Part shown: in pieces, positions 62,189-64,000 of the stretch
How positions within the stretch are numbered: position 1 is the stretch's first letter
Layout: every line of letters starts with the position of its first letter
From: Octopus vulgaris
Taxonomy: Eukaryota
Direction of reading: 5' to 3'
DNA length: 64,000 bases
Assembly (NCBI GenBank): GCA_951406725.2
Contig: OX597838.1
Location: 27,962,001 to 28,026,000 of the forward strand
The notes under the pieces: model-generated
Seen by the model: the letters and a program-made list of their open reading frames with translations, nothing else
What the model was told of the DNA's origin: nothing
The model's database searches: none
Position numbers and translations under genes: made by a program

Positions 62189-62513
62189 TACATATATACG
62201 ACAGGCTTCTTTCAGTTTCCGTCTACCAAATCCACTCACAAGGCTTTGGTCGGCCCGAGGCTATAGTAGAAGACACTTGCCCAAGGTGCCATGCAGTGGG
62301 ACTGAACCCGGAACCATGTGGTTGGTAAGCAAGCTACTTACCACACAGCCACTCCTGCGCCTATTGGGTGAAGTTTTATTTGTGAAATACAGTTGTTTTG
62401 AATTTGCTTCAGAATGAGGTCTAATGTTTGAGATGGTCAGTTGGAGTGGGGGCACTAGGAATGTGGCCTGGGTGTCAAGGGGATAACAGCCAGAAAATGT
62501 TTGGGAATCTCTG
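61763..62513. mobile_element. Old hAT-like element interrupted by a SINE-A copy
   Basis: CAGTGGTTCCCAAA...TTTGGGAATCTCTG termini; imperfect 8-bp flanks atttataa/atttaaag. Confidence 0.55.
61941..62361 (-). mobile_element. SINE family A
   Basis: Reverse complement of 36366-36770. Confidence 0.88.
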
Positions 62514-62827
62514 ATTTAAAGGTACTGCAAAGCTCAGAACTGGACTCTATCTAGCATTGATGATTTGTAACTTTGGGCAATAGTAACATGTCAAAGGCTG
62601 TTCAAGATGTCTTTATTGTCTTAAAGGCTCTTAGGTTGGCAGATTGGCAGAATTGGTAGAGCGTCAGACAAAATATCTTGTATCTGTTCCTGCTGTTAAC
62701 CCTTTAGCATTTAAACTGGCCTATCCAGTCCAAGTTTTCTATCTGTTTCATTCTTAAACCAGCCAGATTCAAACTTTCATGTGTACCCTACAGTGTTATT
62801 CTAAAAATGAGCAACTGCAACATTATA

Positions 62828-63239
62828 GGCACAGGAGTGGCTGTGTGGTAAGTAGCTTGCTTACCAACCACATGGTTCTGGTTTCAGTCCCACTGCGTGG
62901 CACCTTGGGCAAGTGTCGTCTACTATAGCCTCGGGCCGACCAAAGCCTTGTGAGTGGATTTGGTAGACGGAAACTGAAAGAAGCCCATCGTATATATGTA
63001 TATATATATATATATATATGTGCGTATATGTTTGTGTGTCTGTTTGTCCCCCTAGCATTGCTTGACAACCGATGGTGGTGTGTTTATGTCCCTGTCACTT
63101 AGCAGTTCAGCAAAAGAGACCGATAGAATAAGTACTGGGCTTACAAAGAATAAGTCCCGGGGTCGAGTTGCTCGATTAAAGGCGGTGCTCCAATATGGCC
63201 GCAGTCAAATGACTGAAACAAGTAAAAGAGTAAAAAGAG
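62828..63239 (+). mobile_element. SINE family A
   Basis: Near-identical to 57390-57780. Confidence 0.9.
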
Positions 63240-64000
63240 AATTGGAAAAACTGAAGCTACAAAATAATGTGCGAATACATAATAATCAGTGAATATTTAA
63301 CGAGCATCTATATGCAAATTATTTGCTCAAGTAATTAAAACAAATATTTAAATTGACAGACACATTTAGTGTCTGTCAATTAATGATCTGAAAAAGATTT
63401 AAACAAGAAAACAAACTTCACAAAATGAACAGTATCCACTTTACGAGGCTGGTGTTTGCTGCTGTTGATGGAAACGGCTTTATAGACAAGAGAGGAATAA
63501 ATAAAATATGAAGATACAGTTATGTTTGTTTTGCTATTTTCAAGAACATCATAATGTAGACATGTACAATTCTAATCTCTTGTGTTGTAGTACTTGGAAT
63601 GGTTCCAATATTTTCTAGTTTCAGAAGCTTGTTGCTTTATGCCTCAAGGTCACTACAGCATCTTTTCACCGAGTTAATCATGAACCCTGAAAATTTCTTC
63701 AGATCTTGAGTGACAGCTACACTATCTTACCTTCTTGCTCTGTGTGTGTGTCTGTCTGTCTGTTTGTCTCTCATACACACATATATATATATATGATGAA
63801 ATATTGTATCAACCAGATTATTGGATGTGGCTATACACTGCTAGTCACAATGTGCTTTCTTGCATTATTGTAACTTTCGAAGGATACCCCGCTGCTGGCT
63901 AGACAGGCAGGCCAATATTCCCCCTGGACGGGTTGCCAGTCCATCACAGGGTTACCTATTTACAACTGAGTGGACTGGAGTAATGTGAAACTAAATGTTT

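Overview
Eukaryotic, AT-rich, microsatellite-laden genomic DNA. The repeat landscape resembles a coleoid cephalopod, probably Octopus (inference). Only one host-gene segment is recognisable: the first coding exon of a Mondo-family bHLH-Zip gene (MLXIP/MondoA-ChREBP; MCR1 'IHSGHFM', MCR2 'SIDGSLTKLFECMTLAY') at 3942-4570 (+). It is preceded by a pyrimidine-skewed putative promoter and followed by a phase-2 GTGAGT donor. The remaining ~59 kb appears to be one very long intron containing several tRNA-derived SINE families, RTE and Tx1/L1-like LINE 3' ends and their non-autonomous derivatives, two dead mariners, piggyBac-, hAT-, Tc1/pogo- and Harbinger-like MITEs, two non-autonomous Helitrons and a 51-bp minisatellite. 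The most unusual observation is a ~190-bp palindrome at 11380-11572 whose arms fold as a minimal type-I hammerhead ribozyme with a swapped G3:C8 core (Penelope/retrozyme-like). Also notable are SINE/LINE partner pairs visible inside the window and several local inverted duplications that would make intronic dsRNA. All coordinates were read by eye; no database searches or folding programs were run.
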